From an uncultured Clostridia bacterium (lineage in GTDB: Bacteria > Bacillota > Clostridia > TANB77 > CAG-508), in contig CAKPCL010000007.1 of the NCBI GenBank assembly GCA_934141605.1, positions 6,142 to 70,141 of the forward strand: DNA of 64,000 nucleotides. The letters are read 5' to 3'. Made by a program: the position numbers and the translations under genes. The notes below the pieces were generated by a model. That model worked only from the letters and a program-made list of their open reading frames with translations, was not told the DNA's origin and searched no databases. Shown piece after piece: positions 28,375 through 40,097 of this stretch (its first letter is position 1; each line of letters begins with the position of its first letter).

Positions 28375-29466
28375 TTACACATTAAATTTAAATAAGACAA
28401 TATCCCCGTCTTGCATTATATATTCTTTTCCTTCTGAACGTACTAATCCTTTTTCTTTGGCTGATACCATTGATCCTTCTCTTATTAAGTCATCATATGA
28501 TACAACTTCTGCTTTTATGAATCCTCTTTCTATGTCAGAGTGTATTTTTCCTGCTGCTTGTGGTGCTTTTGTTCCTTTTTTTATGGTCCATGCTCTTACT
28601 TCTGGTTCTCCTGCTGTTAAAAATGACATTAATCCTAATAAATCATAACTTTTTTTAATAACTTTGTCTAATCCTGATTCTTCTAATCCTAATGCTTCTA
28701 GCATTTCTTTTTTGTCTTCATCTTCTAGTCCTGAAAGTTCTTCTTCTATTTTTACGCAAAGTGGTATTACTTCTGCTTTTTCTTTTGAAGCATATTCTTT
28801 TACTTGTTTTACTAAGTTGTCATTTTCAGCATCTTCTAATTGTTCTTCTGATACATTTGCTACATATAGAATTGGTTTTGTTGTTAATAAAAACATGTCT
28901 TTTACTAATATTTGTTCATCTTCATTAAATTCTAATGTTCTTGCTGATTTTCCTTCTTCAAGTGTTTTTAATATTTTTTCCAATAAATCAATTTCTATTT
29001 GGTATTTTTTATCTGCTTTTAAATTTTTTCTTGCTTTGTCTATTCTTTTATTTACTGTTTCTATGTCTGCAAATATTAATTCTAAGTTTATTGTTTCTAT
29101 GTCTCTTAATGGATTTACACTTCCATCAACATGTACAACATTTGAGTCTTCAAAGCATCTTACTACTTCTACTATTGCGTCTGTTTCTCTTATATGTGAT
29201 AAGAATTTGTTTCCTAATCCTTCTCCTCTGCTTGCTCCTTTTACTAATCCTGCTATATCAACAAATTCAATTACTGCATGTGTTGTTTTTTCTGGTTTGT
29301 ACATTTCTGTTAGTTTGTTTAGCCTTTCGTCTGGTACTGCTACTACTCCTACATTTGGTTCTATTGTGCAAAATGGGTAGTTTGCACATTCTGCTCCTGC
29401 TTTTGTTATGCTGTTAAATAATGTACTTTTTCCTACATTTGGTAATCCTACAATTCCTAATTTCAT
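28375..29466 (-). CDS. ychF: redox-regulated ATPase YchF
   Basis: GIVGLPNVGKSTLFN P-loop; 363 aa. Confidence 0.9.
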   Translation of the reverse strand: MKLGIVGLPNVGKSTLFNSITKAGAECANYPFCTIEPNVGVVAVPDERLNKLTEMYKPEKTTHAVIEFVDIAGLVKGASRGEGLGNKFLSHIRETDAIVEVVRCFEDSNVVHVDGSVNPLRDIETINLELIFADIETVNKRIDKARKNLKADKKYQIEIDLLEKILKTLEEGKSARTLEFNEDEQILVKDMFLLTTKPILYVANVSEEQLEDAENDNLVKQVKEYASKEKAEVIPLCVKIEEELSGLEDEDKKEMLEALGLEESGLDKVIKKSYDLLGLMSFLTAGEPEVRAWTIKKGTKAPQAAGKIHSDIERGFIKAEVVSYDDLIREGSMVSAKEKGLVRSEGKEYIMQDGDIVLFKFNV

Positions 29467-29516
29467 TTTTTCCTCTCTTTCACTTTATTGCTAATTTTCT
29501 CTAAAAAATGACTGCC

Positions 29517-31442
29517 TCATTTTGTTTTATTTGCAACTTCTTCTTTAATTCTAGCAACAAATTCATCTATATTCATAGTTTCATTTTCAGCACTTTCTCT
29601 TGAACGAATAGAAACTGTATTTTCTTCTACTTCTTTTGCTCCAATTACTAACATATATGGAACTTTCTCAAGTTGTGCTTCACGAATTTTGTATCCAACT
29701 TTTTCATTTCTATCATCTAGAACAACACGAATTCCAGCTTTGTGTAATTTTTCTTCAACTGATTTTGCATAATCATGTTGTGCGTCTGTAATTGGTAATA
29801 TTTTTACTTGTGTTGGTGAAAGCCATAATGGAAATGCACCTTTTGTTTCTTCAATTAAGAAACACATAAATCTATCAAATGTTCCTAAAATTGCTCTGTG
29901 GATTACAACTGGTCTATGTTTTTCTCCATCTTCTCCGATATATTCTAGTTTAAATCTTTCTGGTAATAAGAAGTCTAATTGGCAAGTTGATACTGTTACA
30001 TCATGTCCAACTGCTGATTTTAATTGAACATCTAATTTTGGTCCATAAAATGCTGCTTCTCCTTCAGCTTCGTAGAAGTTTATTCCTAGCTCTGTTAAGA
30101 TTTCTCTTAATTGTCCTTCTGCTTTTTCCCACATTTCATCATCATCAAAATATTTGTGTGTGTCTTTTTTATCTCTTAAAGATAATCTGAATTCATAATC
30201 TTTAAATCCAAAGTCTTTGTAAACTGATAAAATTAATTGTACAACTTTTCCAACTTCTTCTTTTATTTGGTCTGGTCTTACAAAAAGGTGAGCATCATTT
30301 TGGCACATTTCACGAACTCTCTCTAAACCACATACACTTCCGCTATCTTCAAATCTAAAGTCATGTGCAAGTTCTCCAATTCTTATTGGTAAATCTCTAT
30401 ATGAGTGCATTTTGTTTTTATATATTAACATATGGTGTGGACAGTTCATTGGTCTTAATACCATTTCTTCATTATCCATTTTCATAACAGGGAACATATC
30501 TTCTTTATAGTGGTCCCAGTGTCCTGAAACTTTGTATAATTCTGTATTTGCAAGTGATGGTGTGTATACATGTTGATATCCCATTTCTACTTCTTTGTCT
30601 TGAATATATCTTTCTAGCAATCTTCTTACAGTTGCACCATTTGGTAAATACATTGGAAGTCCTGAACCTACTAATGGGCTTGTCATAAATAATTCTAAGT
30701 CTTTTCCAATTTTTCTGTGGTCGCGTTGTCTTGCTTCTTCTAATTTTTGCATATATTCATCAACTTGGCTTGCTTTTGGAAATGATATAGCATAAATTCT
30801 TTGTAACATTTTGTTATGTTCGTCGCCTCTCCAATAAGCTCCTGAAGATGATAGTATTTTTATAGCTTTTACTTTTCCTGTTTTCATTAAATGTGGTCCT
30901 GCGCATAAATCTGTGAAATCACCTTGTTTATAAAAGCTGATTTCTTCTCCTTCTGCTAAATCATTTATTAATTCTTGTTTATATGGTTGTCCTTCCATTA
31001 ATTTTAAAGCTTCTAGTTTTGGTAAAGAAAATTTTTCTATTTCAATGTCTTCTTTTATTATTTTTTTCATTTCGGCTTCTATTTTTTCTTTGTCTTCATC
31101 TGTGAAAGGTTTTTCTACATCAAAATCATAATAAAATCCATTTTCTATACTTGGTCCTATTGCAAATTTTACATCTGGAAATAATCTCTTTACAGCTTGT
31201 GCCATAATATGAGATGTTGTATGCCAATATGCTTTTTTACCTTCTAAACTACTGTCAAATGTCTCAATACTTAAATTGCAATTTTCTTGCAATTCAAATC
31301 TTAAATCTTTTACTTCTCCATTAACAATTCCACATGTTGCAACTCTTGCTAGCCCTTCACTTATTTTTTGTGCAACTTCTATTATTGAAGTTCCTTGCTC
31401 TACTTCTATGTTAGAGCCATCTTTTAATGTTACTTTTATCAT
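29517..31442 (-). CDS. thrS: threonine-tRNA ligase
   Basis: TGS domain start MIKVTLKDG and class II synthetase motifs. ATG at 31442 after GGAGG. The longer ORF in the track reads through the repeat. Confidence 0.95.
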   Translation of the reverse strand: MIKVTLKDGSNIEVEQGTSIIEVAQKISEGLARVATCGIVNGEVKDLRFELQENCNLSIETFDSSLEGKKAYWHTTSHIMAQAVKRLFPDVKFAIGPSIENGFYYDFDVEKPFTDEDKEKIEAEMKKIIKEDIEIEKFSLPKLEALKLMEGQPYKQELINDLAEGEEISFYKQGDFTDLCAGPHLMKTGKVKAIKILSSSGAYWRGDEHNKMLQRIYAISFPKASQVDEYMQKLEEARQRDHRKIGKDLELFMTSPLVGSGLPMYLPNGATVRRLLERYIQDKEVEMGYQHVYTPSLANTELYKVSGHWDHYKEDMFPVMKMDNEEMVLRPMNCPHHMLIYKNKMHSYRDLPIRIGELAHDFRFEDSGSVCGLERVREMCQNDAHLFVRPDQIKEEVGKVVQLILSVYKDFGFKDYEFRLSLRDKKDTHKYFDDDEMWEKAEGQLREILTELGINFYEAEGEAAFYGPKLDVQLKSAVGHDVTVSTCQLDFLLPERFKLEYIGEDGEKHRPVVIHRAILGTFDRFMCFLIEETKGAFPLWLSPTQVKILPITDAQHDYAKSVEEKLHKAGIRVVLDDRNEKVGYKIREAQLEKVPYMLVIGAKEVEENTVSIRSRESAENETMNIDEFVARIKEEVANKTK

Positions 31443-31458
31443 AATAATTCCTCCTTTT

Positions 31459-31519
31459 TGTCCAAATGGGACGGTTCTTTTTGGACATTTTGTCCAAACG
31501 GGACGGTTCTTTTTGAACA
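31459..31519. repeat. Interspersed two-module stem-loop repeat, copy B (direct modules)
   Basis: TGTCCAAATGGGACGGTTCTTTTTGGACA, then TTT, then TGTCCAAACGGGACGGTTCTTTTTGAACA. Confidence 0.85.
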
Positions 31520-31520
31520 T

Positions 31521-31765
31521 AAAAAAATACACTTCTATAGATTTTTTATATCTACAGGAGTGCTATATAACACGGTTCCATCCTTGTTTTTACTTAATTT
31601 TAGATTATAACGGATCTTACTCGTTTGGCTTTTTCACCAAAACTTATGAAGAGGTAGTTTTTCAAATATGTTTGCTTGAATTAGTTTTCAGCCTTGACTA
31701 ATTCTCTCTTTAAGTAACCTTTATTTTACTTTGTCTCTTACTTGTTTTTTATATTTGACTAATTA
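31521..31765 (-). promoter_or_regulatory. T-box riboswitch leader of thrS (Thr specifier)
   Basis: Minus strand has an AGAGA stem I element, ACUACC (two Thr codons) in the putative specifier region at 31658-31653, and the T-box core GGATGGAACCGTG at 31572-31587. A terminator hairpin and U-run follow at 31521-31565. Confidence 0.75.
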
Positions 31766-31767
31766 TA

Positions 31768-31796
31768 ATTTTAATACCTTTTTATGTAAAAGTCAA
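31768..31796 (-). promoter_or_regulatory. sigma-A promoter TTGACT-17-TAAAAT for the thrS leader
   Basis: -35 at 31796-31791; -10 at 31773-31768 (minus strand). Confidence 0.55.
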
Positions 31797-31926
31797 GTAA
31801 TTTTTGTTTTTAATTTTTTTGCTTTTTATTTTTTGTTTTGTGAATTTTGGAGCCAATAGCTAATATATGTTTAGAAATTAAAAGTAAAGATGGCCTCCTA
31901 ATAAGGAAACCATCTTTTGACTTAAA

Positions 31927-33117
31927 TTACTTTATTTCTGGTCCTAATATTTTTGTTATTTTTTCTTTTTCTTTTAATGCTAATTTGTACTTAGCTTTAG
32001 ACCATGTTTTTTCGCCTTTTTCATAGCTTCTAATAATTTCATTTAAGTCTAATAACTCGTACCTATTTTTTGTTCCTGGCTCCTTAATATTTACATATAT
32101 AGGAGCATATGTTACTTTGTTGATACTTACCTTTCCTGTCTTTCCGTCCTTTTTGACTTCAATGCTAAATATTGCTGTGTCTTGGGTATTTTCCTTTTTC
32201 TGGTTAGAGAAAAAGTTGCCTTGTGAGTAAATAACTAATCCTTCTCTCTCTTTTCCTTCTGATGTTTTAACTTTCAGCATTTTTATTGGTTGCAAAACAT
32301 GTGGGTGACTTCCCAAAATGATGTCAACACCATTTTGGATTAAGAATTTAGCCATTTCTTCTTGATCATCGTTTTCTTCTGTCTTGTATTCTGTTCCCCA
32401 GTGCATTGAAGCGACTATCAGTTCCGCACCTTCTTTTTTTGCTTGCTTTATTTGTTCCTGTATTAATTCTTTGTCAATAAAATTTACACAGTACTTCTTG
32501 CTGCTTGGTTTGCGGATTCCATTGACTCCATAAGTATAAGATAGAAATGCTGTCTTAATACCATTTAAATCTTTGATTAAAATAGTATCATACTCCTCTT
32601 CTGACCGGGTGGTACCAACATGTTCAATGCCAGCATCATCTAAATAGTTTAGTGTGGATTCTAAGCCTCTATATCCTTGGTCCATTGCATGATTGTTGGC
32701 AGTAGTCATTATGTCTACGCCTAGTTCCTTTAAATCTGTTGCTAATTGTTCCGGAGCATTGAAGCTTGGATATCCGCTATACCCTACTTTAGAGCCTGCC
32801 ATTGGTACTTCGCAGTTGCCAATACTTATTGTAGCCTTTTCAAAGTAGCCTTTAACATATTTAAACATAGGTGAAAAATCATATTCCTTTGTTTTTGTGT
32901 CATATGCTGCTTTGAATACACCTTTATGACAAAGTGTGTCTCCAAAAGACACTATCGTTGCCACTGAATCTGGTTCTGCTTTTGGTGCTTGTGGCATAGA
33001 AGTTACTTTTGAATCTACCTGGTCTGAAGACCGGTTGGGTGCTGCATAGCTTGTTGTTGTTTGAAGTAACATACAAGCTGCCATAATAATGGTAAAAATA
33101 GTTTTTAGTTTTTTCAT
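31927..33117 (-). CDS. CapA-family (PGA_cap) metallophosphatase-like protein, secreted
   Basis: Signal peptide; SFGDTLCH and ANNHAMDQG motifs. Confidence 0.6.
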   Translation of the reverse strand: MKKLKTIFTIIMAACMLLQTTTSYAAPNRSSDQVDSKVTSMPQAPKAEPDSVATIVSFGDTLCHKGVFKAAYDTKTKEYDFSPMFKYVKGYFEKATISIGNCEVPMAGSKVGYSGYPSFNAPEQLATDLKELGVDIMTTANNHAMDQGYRGLESTLNYLDDAGIEHVGTTRSEEEYDTILIKDLNGIKTAFLSYTYGVNGIRKPSSKKYCVNFIDKELIQEQIKQAKKEGAELIVASMHWGTEYKTEENDDQEEMAKFLIQNGVDIILGSHPHVLQPIKMLKVKTSEGKEREGLVIYSQGNFFSNQKKENTQDTAIFSIEVKKDGKTGKVSINKVTYAPIYVNIKEPGTKNRYELLDLNEIIRSYEKGEKTWSKAKYKLALKEKEKITKILGPEIK

Positions 33118-33317
33118 TGTTGTTTTTCCTCCTAAAAAAATTTTAATTGGTTTTTTCTACATAAGTTCTTGACTTATAATTATAGTTTAACATAAAATCG
33201 GTCAAAAATCAAGTTTACTGCCTTTGCTTCGTTGCTGTATTATCTAAAAAATTTGATTTTTGAGTATATTTTGTGGTATAATTTATATATAAATACATCT
33301 TAAGGAGGGACAATATT

Positions 33318-33539
33318 ATGCAAAAAATTTTTGATGTCGAAGTTGACATTAAAAAAATGACTTTTCAGGAGTTGAAGGCTGCTCGAGACAAGGCTCGGGT
33401 TATAAAAGCCACTTACCTTCTCAATCATGAGAATGAAAAGGCTTTTTGGGATATCCAAAATATTTTGCTTATTCTTAATCATGAAATTTCGGTGAGGAGC
33501 CTTACTTGCCACAAGCATGGAGTATCAGTCTCTGCATAG
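33318..33539 (+). CDS. hypothetical protein
   Basis: AAGGAGGG Shine-Dalgarno, extended -10 TGTGGTATAAT upstream, terminator downstream. Confidence 0.5.
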   Translation: MQKIFDVEVDIKKMTFQELKAARDKARVIKATYLLNHENEKAFWDIQNILLILNHEISVRSLTCHKHGVSVSA

Positions 33540-33552
33540 CAAAAGTCGAAAA

Positions 33553-33578
33553 AGAACCATATTATATGGTTCTTTTTT
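33553..33578 (+). terminator. intrinsic terminator
   Basis: AGAACCATA-loop-TATGGTTCT followed by TTTTT. Confidence 0.7.
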
Positions 33579-33579
33579 A

Positions 33580-33655
33580 TGGAGCTTACAACGGGAGTTG
33601 AACCCGTGACCTCTGCCTTACCAAGGCAGCACTCTACCAACTGAGCTATGCAAGC
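33580..33655 (-). tRNA. tRNA-Thr (anticodon GGT)
   Basis: Cloverleaf folded by hand on the minus strand. Anticodon loop TTGGTAA. Encoded CCA. Confidence 0.9.
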
Positions 33656-33710
33656 ATTAATACATTTAAAGGGAAATTAGAATAAATTTCTTTTTTCCCT
33701 TATATATTTT

Positions 33711-34352
33711 TTATTCGTTAAATATGTTTTTGATAGCTTTTTTTCTAATTCTTTGAATTGCATTGTCAACTGACTTTACTGGTGTTTCTAATCTTTTTGC
33801 AATAATTTCATAACTATCGCCTTGTATATATCTATCCAATACTTTTTCTTCAAATTTACTTAAAGATTTGTGCATTGTATTTTGAATTTCGTTAAAGTAT
33901 TCTTTTTTCATTATTGTTTCTAATGGATCTTCTATTGTATCAACCTCAAATGTTTCTATTAACTCAGCTCCATCTTCATCATTGTCATAAGCAGATGTGT
34001 TCAAAGATAAATATGAATTAAGTGGCATATGTTTTTGTCTATTGGAACTTTTAATTGCTGATATTAATTGTCTTTCTATACATAGATTTGCAAATGTTTT
34101 AAATGTGTTTTGTTTACTGTTATCAAAACCTTTTACAGCTTTATACAAGCCTATCATGCCTTCTTGTACAATATCCTCTTTTTCTGCACCAATTATAAAA
34201 TATTTGCCAACTTTTGATCTTACTAAATCCTTATACTTTTCAAGTAAAAAAGATAAAGCTTGCTCGTCCCCTTCTTTGATTTGAGATATTATTTGTTCAT
34301 CTGTTAAGTTTCCATATTTTTCTGTTGTATAATATACATTTTCTATTTGCAT
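33711..34352 (-). CDS. sigH: RNA polymerase sigma factor SigH (Spo0H)
   Basis: 213-aa sigma-70 family protein with SigH-like region 2 (DIVQEGMIGLYKAVKGFD) and region 4. Confidence 0.8.
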   Translation of the reverse strand: MQIENVYYTTEKYGNLTDEQIISQIKEGDEQALSFLLEKYKDLVRSKVGKYFIIGAEKEDIVQEGMIGLYKAVKGFDNSKQNTFKTFANLCIERQLISAIKSSNRQKHMPLNSYLSLNTSAYDNDEDGAELIETFEVDTIEDPLETIMKKEYFNEIQNTMHKSLSKFEEKVLDRYIQGDSYEIIAKRLETPVKSVDNAIQRIRKKAIKNIFNE

Positions 34353-34475
34353 GTGCCTTGAATACCTCCAAATGTTCTTTTAGTCATTATATATTTGTAA
34401 CCCCTGAAAAGTCAATAGTTTTTGCAAAAATTTAGCATATTGTTTATTTTATTTTCAAACAATATGCTTTTTTTA

Positions 34476-36176
34476 TTATTTATTTAAATTTTCGTTTAAA
34501 AATGTCCAGAAATTCTCTGTCTCCATTCCTTTTTCCCAAGAAGCAACTCCACCTAAATTATTTTTTGATATCAAAGAAATTTTTTCTTTTAGTGAATTTT
34601 CATCTTCTATCCACATTTTTTTAATGTATGAATCTTCTTGATATTCTACATAATATTGTTTTAAATCTTCGTCCCATTTTTTCTCTACATTACTTGGTAA
34701 TACTTTTTCTATGTTTTTGATAGATACAGCACTTGGTGATTTTACAATATTTCCTGAACTATCTTCTGTCCATAGTCTTGTGTATAATGGAATTGCTAAA
34801 ATTATTTTTTGGCTTTCTATTTCTTCTGTTTTTAAAAATTTGTTAAGGCTTAATTCAACCCAGTCATATCCAGCTGTTGTTCCAGATTTGTTGCTTGAAG
34901 TTCCATATTCATCATATGCCATAAATACTATATAATCTGCCACATCGCCTATTACATGTCTGTCAAAACATAATGACCATGTTTCTGAACCGTCTGGTGC
35001 TGTTACATCAACAGAAATTACAACACCTATATCTTTTAGCCTTGGTGTTAGCTCTATTACAAATCTTGAATACATATCTTTGTCTGCTTGTTTCATATTT
35101 TCAAAATCTAAATTTATTCCATCTAATTTATATTCAACACATGCTTCCACAATGTCTTCTATCAATTGTTGTCTTTTATTATAGTCGTTCATAATTTCTG
35201 AAGTAACGGTTAACATTCCATTTCCTGCATTCTGTACCATTGGCCAAACTTTATATCCATTATTATGTGCCCATTGTATATATTCTTTTCCTGCTTGTCC
35301 TATGTTTTCTGTTAGTTGTCCTTTTGAATTTAGGTGAAAAAATGCTGGGGATACTACATTTACACCTTCCATTGTAACCCCTGTTCTATCTGGCGCTGTT
35401 GCATATTCTGAATAATAATCCCATACTAAATTTACTTTTCCTTCAATTTGATTTGTAGTTTTTATTTCTTCTCTTACTGTAACTGTATTTGCAATTTTAT
35501 TAGATTTTACATACCCTATTTTTCCATTTTCTGTTCTAATTTTTGTATATCCCTTTTCTTCTGATATTACTACAACATAGCTTCCTTTTTGGACTCTATC
35601 TATTGTTTTTGCTATAAATTTTTTTGATGATTTTACTGCTACATTTTTTGTAATCATTGCTTTTTTCTGTTCTTTAGATGTTGAATCTATTGTTAATACT
35701 TTTGAATTTTCTATATATTTAATTTCTATTCCATATACATCTTCAAGTTCTTGTATTGGGATATAAATTGTATTGTCTTTTTTTATTGGTTGTGCATATG
35801 TTGTTTTATTTGAGCCATTTATGTTTATTTTATTTTCTTCTAAACTAATTGCTGCTATTTTATTATCATATGTTGTTATTATTTGGTTATTTTTTGTGTC
35901 TTCATATATATATTTATCAAAGAAGTTTCCTAAATCTTGTTTTGATATATATATTTCGTCTTCTTCTATAAATATATCTTTCTTTAGGTTTAGTGTTACA
36001 TTTTTGTTGTTGATTACTAAATTTATTGTTTTGTTTTTATCTAATATAATGTAATCATTGATTTTATATCCTATTATTCCAATTACTAATATTACTAGTA
36101 TTGTTATAAATGTTTTTATAATTGTTTTTTTCTTTTTTTCAATTTGCTCTTTTGCCATTTTTTGTTTCATATTCAT
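34476..36176 (-). CDS. GH18 glycoside hydrolase with N-terminal TM, stalk and SH3-like domains
   Basis: LDGINLDFE catalytic motif (DxxDxDxE). Confidence 0.65.
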   Translation of the reverse strand: MNMKQKMAKEQIEKKKKTIIKTFITILVILVIGIIGYKINDYIILDKNKTINLVINNKNVTLNLKKDIFIEEDEIYISKQDLGNFFDKYIYEDTKNNQIITTYDNKIAAISLEENKININGSNKTTYAQPIKKDNTIYIPIQELEDVYGIEIKYIENSKVLTIDSTSKEQKKAMITKNVAVKSSKKFIAKTIDRVQKGSYVVVISEEKGYTKIRTENGKIGYVKSNKIANTVTVREEIKTTNQIEGKVNLVWDYYSEYATAPDRTGVTMEGVNVVSPAFFHLNSKGQLTENIGQAGKEYIQWAHNNGYKVWPMVQNAGNGMLTVTSEIMNDYNKRQQLIEDIVEACVEYKLDGINLDFENMKQADKDMYSRFVIELTPRLKDIGVVISVDVTAPDGSETWSLCFDRHVIGDVADYIVFMAYDEYGTSSNKSGTTAGYDWVELSLNKFLKTEEIESQKIILAIPLYTRLWTEDSSGNIVKSPSAVSIKNIEKVLPSNVEKKWDEDLKQYYVEYQEDSYIKKMWIEDENSLKEKISLISKNNLGGVASWEKGMETENFWTFLNENLNK

Positions 36177-36257
36177 TTTCCCCTTCGCATATTTTTTATG
36201 CTTATACTATATCATAACTTTTTTAGTTATGAAAGGGGTATTTTATATTTTTTTATA

Positions 36258-37421
36258 TTATTTTAAAACCTCATTTATAATAGCAGATAAATATTTCATA
36301 CTATTTAGGCATTGGTCTAGTGTATTTCCTGTAGCTCCTACTTCCATTATATTGGCATATTTTCCAGTGTGTTGATTATATCTAGATTTAGTTAGCATGA
36401 TAGGTTTAAACAATCCTGGATACATTTCTTCTGCCTTTTCTTGAATTTTTACGGCAAATTTCAAATTTTGATTCCAATTTGGGTGCCATAATCCTCCCTC
36501 ATTGGTACCAATTACAAACATTATTTGAGCACAATAATCATCTCCTATTTTAACTGTTGGAGCATAGTCTGCTCTTGACCCTATTGCATCTCTATGTAAA
36601 TCAATTATTATATCTGCTGGAGTTGTTTGTAACATATTTTCTACTGTTTGTAATGAGTGGGTATATGAGCCGTTGTAAGAAGGATAATCATGATAAGATG
36701 TATTATGTTCAACATTTAAATTATATTTTTTTAAATAATTTTCTAGTTCTGTTCCTACTCTTGTTACTGTGTAGTTTAAATCTGTAGTTCTATAATTTCC
36801 TGTTTGTGTATATGGATATTTTTCGCTGGATGTATAACTTTCACAACTGTGAGTATGAAATATTAATATATTTTTGTTTTCTATTGTTATATCTGGTTTT
36901 AACATGTCTTCTGTTAATTCATATGTTGTTTGATTTTTTATTTTTACATTTTCATATTGAGCATTATAATTTTCTGATATAGGATTTTCTGTTACTACTT
37001 CTGTTTTTATATTTGTTGCATTGGCTAAAGTTATTTCTTCTGTTTTTTCTTCGTCTTTTGGTTCATTTTTCTCTGTTTCTTTCTTTATTTCTATGTTATT
37101 ATTTTTTTCTGTTTTTTCAATTCCTTTTATACTACTAATTTCTGTTTTTAAAAATTCTTCAAAGTAATTTGTTGATTTTTCTTCTTCTTTTTTATTTTCT
37201 CCATTTATACTTGACATTGTCGGAATTGTTTTATCTAGACAACTTGTTAAAGTTCCAAATTGTAATACTTCTATTTTACTTTGCTTTATATTTTCTTCTT
37301 TTTTATTGTTTTTTAAAGATAAAAAATATCTTGTAGTGTATATAACAAAAAATATTGTTATTGTAATTCCTACAAGATATTTTATTATGTCTTTCATTTT
37401 TAATACAGTTACATTAAACAT
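36258..37421 (-). CDS. spoIIP: stage II sporulation protein P
   Basis: ILIFHTHSCESY... and the C-terminal amidase-like SpoIIP domain. Confidence 0.75.
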   Translation of the reverse strand: MFNVTVLKMKDIIKYLVGITITIFFVIYTTRYFLSLKNNKKEENIKQSKIEVLQFGTLTSCLDKTIPTMSSINGENKKEEEKSTNYFEEFLKTEISSIKGIEKTEKNNNIEIKKETEKNEPKDEEKTEEITLANATNIKTEVVTENPISENYNAQYENVKIKNQTTYELTEDMLKPDITIENKNILIFHTHSCESYTSSEKYPYTQTGNYRTTDLNYTVTRVGTELENYLKKYNLNVEHNTSYHDYPSYNGSYTHSLQTVENMLQTTPADIIIDLHRDAIGSRADYAPTVKIGDDYCAQIMFVIGTNEGGLWHPNWNQNLKFAVKIQEKAEEMYPGLFKPIMLTKSRYNQHTGKYANIMEVGATGNTLDQCLNSMKYLSAIINEVLK

Positions 37422-37548
37422 ATATATTCTCCCTTGTTTCTTTGGTTACTATAAATACTTTTTATACACTTATTTATATATATATTTATATTCATGTACT
37501 AAAAAAAAATACCTAAAAGTTTTTTGCTTTAGGTATTTTTTATATATT

Positions 37549-38883
37549 TTAATTATTTGTTGTTTTTACTCCTACACTGTCTAAATATTCTTCTACATCT
37601 ATTGTTTGATTGTTCACATTCATGTAATAATATTTCTTTCCTGAACTTATTACCATATATACATCATCAAGTACTGGATTTACTTGCATTGTTCCTGCTG
37701 AATTTATTAATGTATATTTCTTGTTTTTGCAGGCAACTAACATGTTATAATCTGGTATTAATAGTAAATTAATTGCATCTTTATTGTTTGAAGCTATATA
37801 ACCAAAACTATCATATTCAAAGTCTACTATTTGATTTCCATTTTTGTCAAATGCTCCCCAGTATTTGTCTTTTCTTACTGGTATCATTCCATTGTCTAAT
37901 AAATATTTATTTTTTATATTGTTTTTTTCAAATTGTGTATTGTCAATTCCTATTTGGTCATATTCTATATAAATTTTTATATTTCCTTTGGAATCTATTA
38001 CTCCGTATTTATCATCTTTTTTTGCTAAATATAAGCCTGAATTGCTGTCTATCATTTCTAGACTGTCATATAAAATTTGTATTTTTGTTTCTCTTTTTGC
38101 TGATATTATTCCAACTTTATTATTGCTTCTAATTAAGAAATCTCCTGAGTTTGGTAAGTATGTTATATTATCATATTTTGCTTCAATAACTGTATTTCCT
38201 TTTGTGTCTATTACTCCATATGTTTTACCTTGATTTTTAGTTACTATTAACATGTCATTTAGTACTGTTTTCTTATTTGTAAAGTTATCGCTTATTGCTT
38301 CATATCCATAATCTAGTACTTTAGCACTGTACGCGTTTATTAAATATGGCATTGTATAAATATATACTCTTTGTTTGCTTTCATCATATGTGAAAGATAT
38401 ATTGAAGGCATTTTCTATTGTGTCTGAGGTTGCATATAATTTTCCGTTCATTGCTTTTACTGGTCTGAAAGCATAATAATAGTTATAGTTATCATTGCTG
38501 TTTGATGTTGTTAATTTATATATTTTATTTGAGTTTAAAGCAAAATTTACAATTTCGTCGTCACATTGTATGTAACATTTGCTTGCATCTTCTGATTTGT
38601 CTGCATATTCTCCGTTGTAGCTTTCATATCCTAGATATGCTGCTATTTCTTTTATAGGAAAATATATTGTGCCGTCTGCTTCTATAACCATCATTTCTTT
38701 GACTTTTTCATTTGTGTTTCCATTTATATAAAGTTTTAATGTACTATCTTGCATATATACTATGGCTATAAATATTCCTATTATTGCTATTATTAAAACA
38801 GCTATTGTTGCAAGTAGTATTTTAGCGATTTTCTTAGAATTATCTACTTTTTTTGTTTCAAAACTTTCATCAATTAGATTCAT
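37549..38883 (-). CDS. WG-repeat protein with N-terminal TM and stalk domain
   Basis: Recurrent KYGVID.KGN....EYD repeats. Confidence 0.5.
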   Translation of the reverse strand: MNLIDESFETKKVDNSKKIAKILLATIAVLIIAIIGIFIAIVYMQDSTLKLYINGNTNEKVKEMMVIEADGTIYFPIKEIAAYLGYESYNGEYADKSEDASKCYIQCDDEIVNFALNSNKIYKLTTSNSNDNYNYYYAFRPVKAMNGKLYATSDTIENAFNISFTYDESKQRVYIYTMPYLINAYSAKVLDYGYEAISDNFTNKKTVLNDMLIVTKNQGKTYGVIDTKGNTVIEAKYDNITYLPNSGDFLIRSNNKVGIISAKRETKIQILYDSLEMIDSNSGLYLAKKDDKYGVIDSKGNIKIYIEYDQIGIDNTQFEKNNIKNKYLLDNGMIPVRKDKYWGAFDKNGNQIVDFEYDSFGYIASNNKDAINLLLIPDYNMLVACKNKKYTLINSAGTMQVNPVLDDVYMVISSGKKYYYMNVNNQTIDVEEYLDSVGVKTTNN

Positions 38884-38913
38884 TTGTATTCCCCCTAAAA
38901 TTAATATACTATA

Positions 38914-40047
<1,134 letters not shown>

Positions 40048-40097
40048 TCACTCCATTTCACTATTTGGGGATTTTATATGGTGTCCATTAATCCCGG

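Noticed and set aside
31443-31532. N-terminal extensions and short ORFs that read through the interspersed repeat. They produce recurring peptide strings such as CPNGTVLFGQ and WTKCPKRTVPFGQ (thrS ORF start, mcsB ORF start, 48697..48894, 50070..50474, 50179..50544).
   Set aside because: The similarity comes from the DNA repeat itself, read in different frames and strands. True starts with Shine-Dalgarno sequences lie downstream at 31442, 50136 and 48728.
33300-33518. 72-aa minus-strand ORF overlapping 33318..33539.
   Set aside because: The plus-strand ORF has a Shine-Dalgarno, an extended -10 promoter and a terminator. The minus-strand ORF has none of these.
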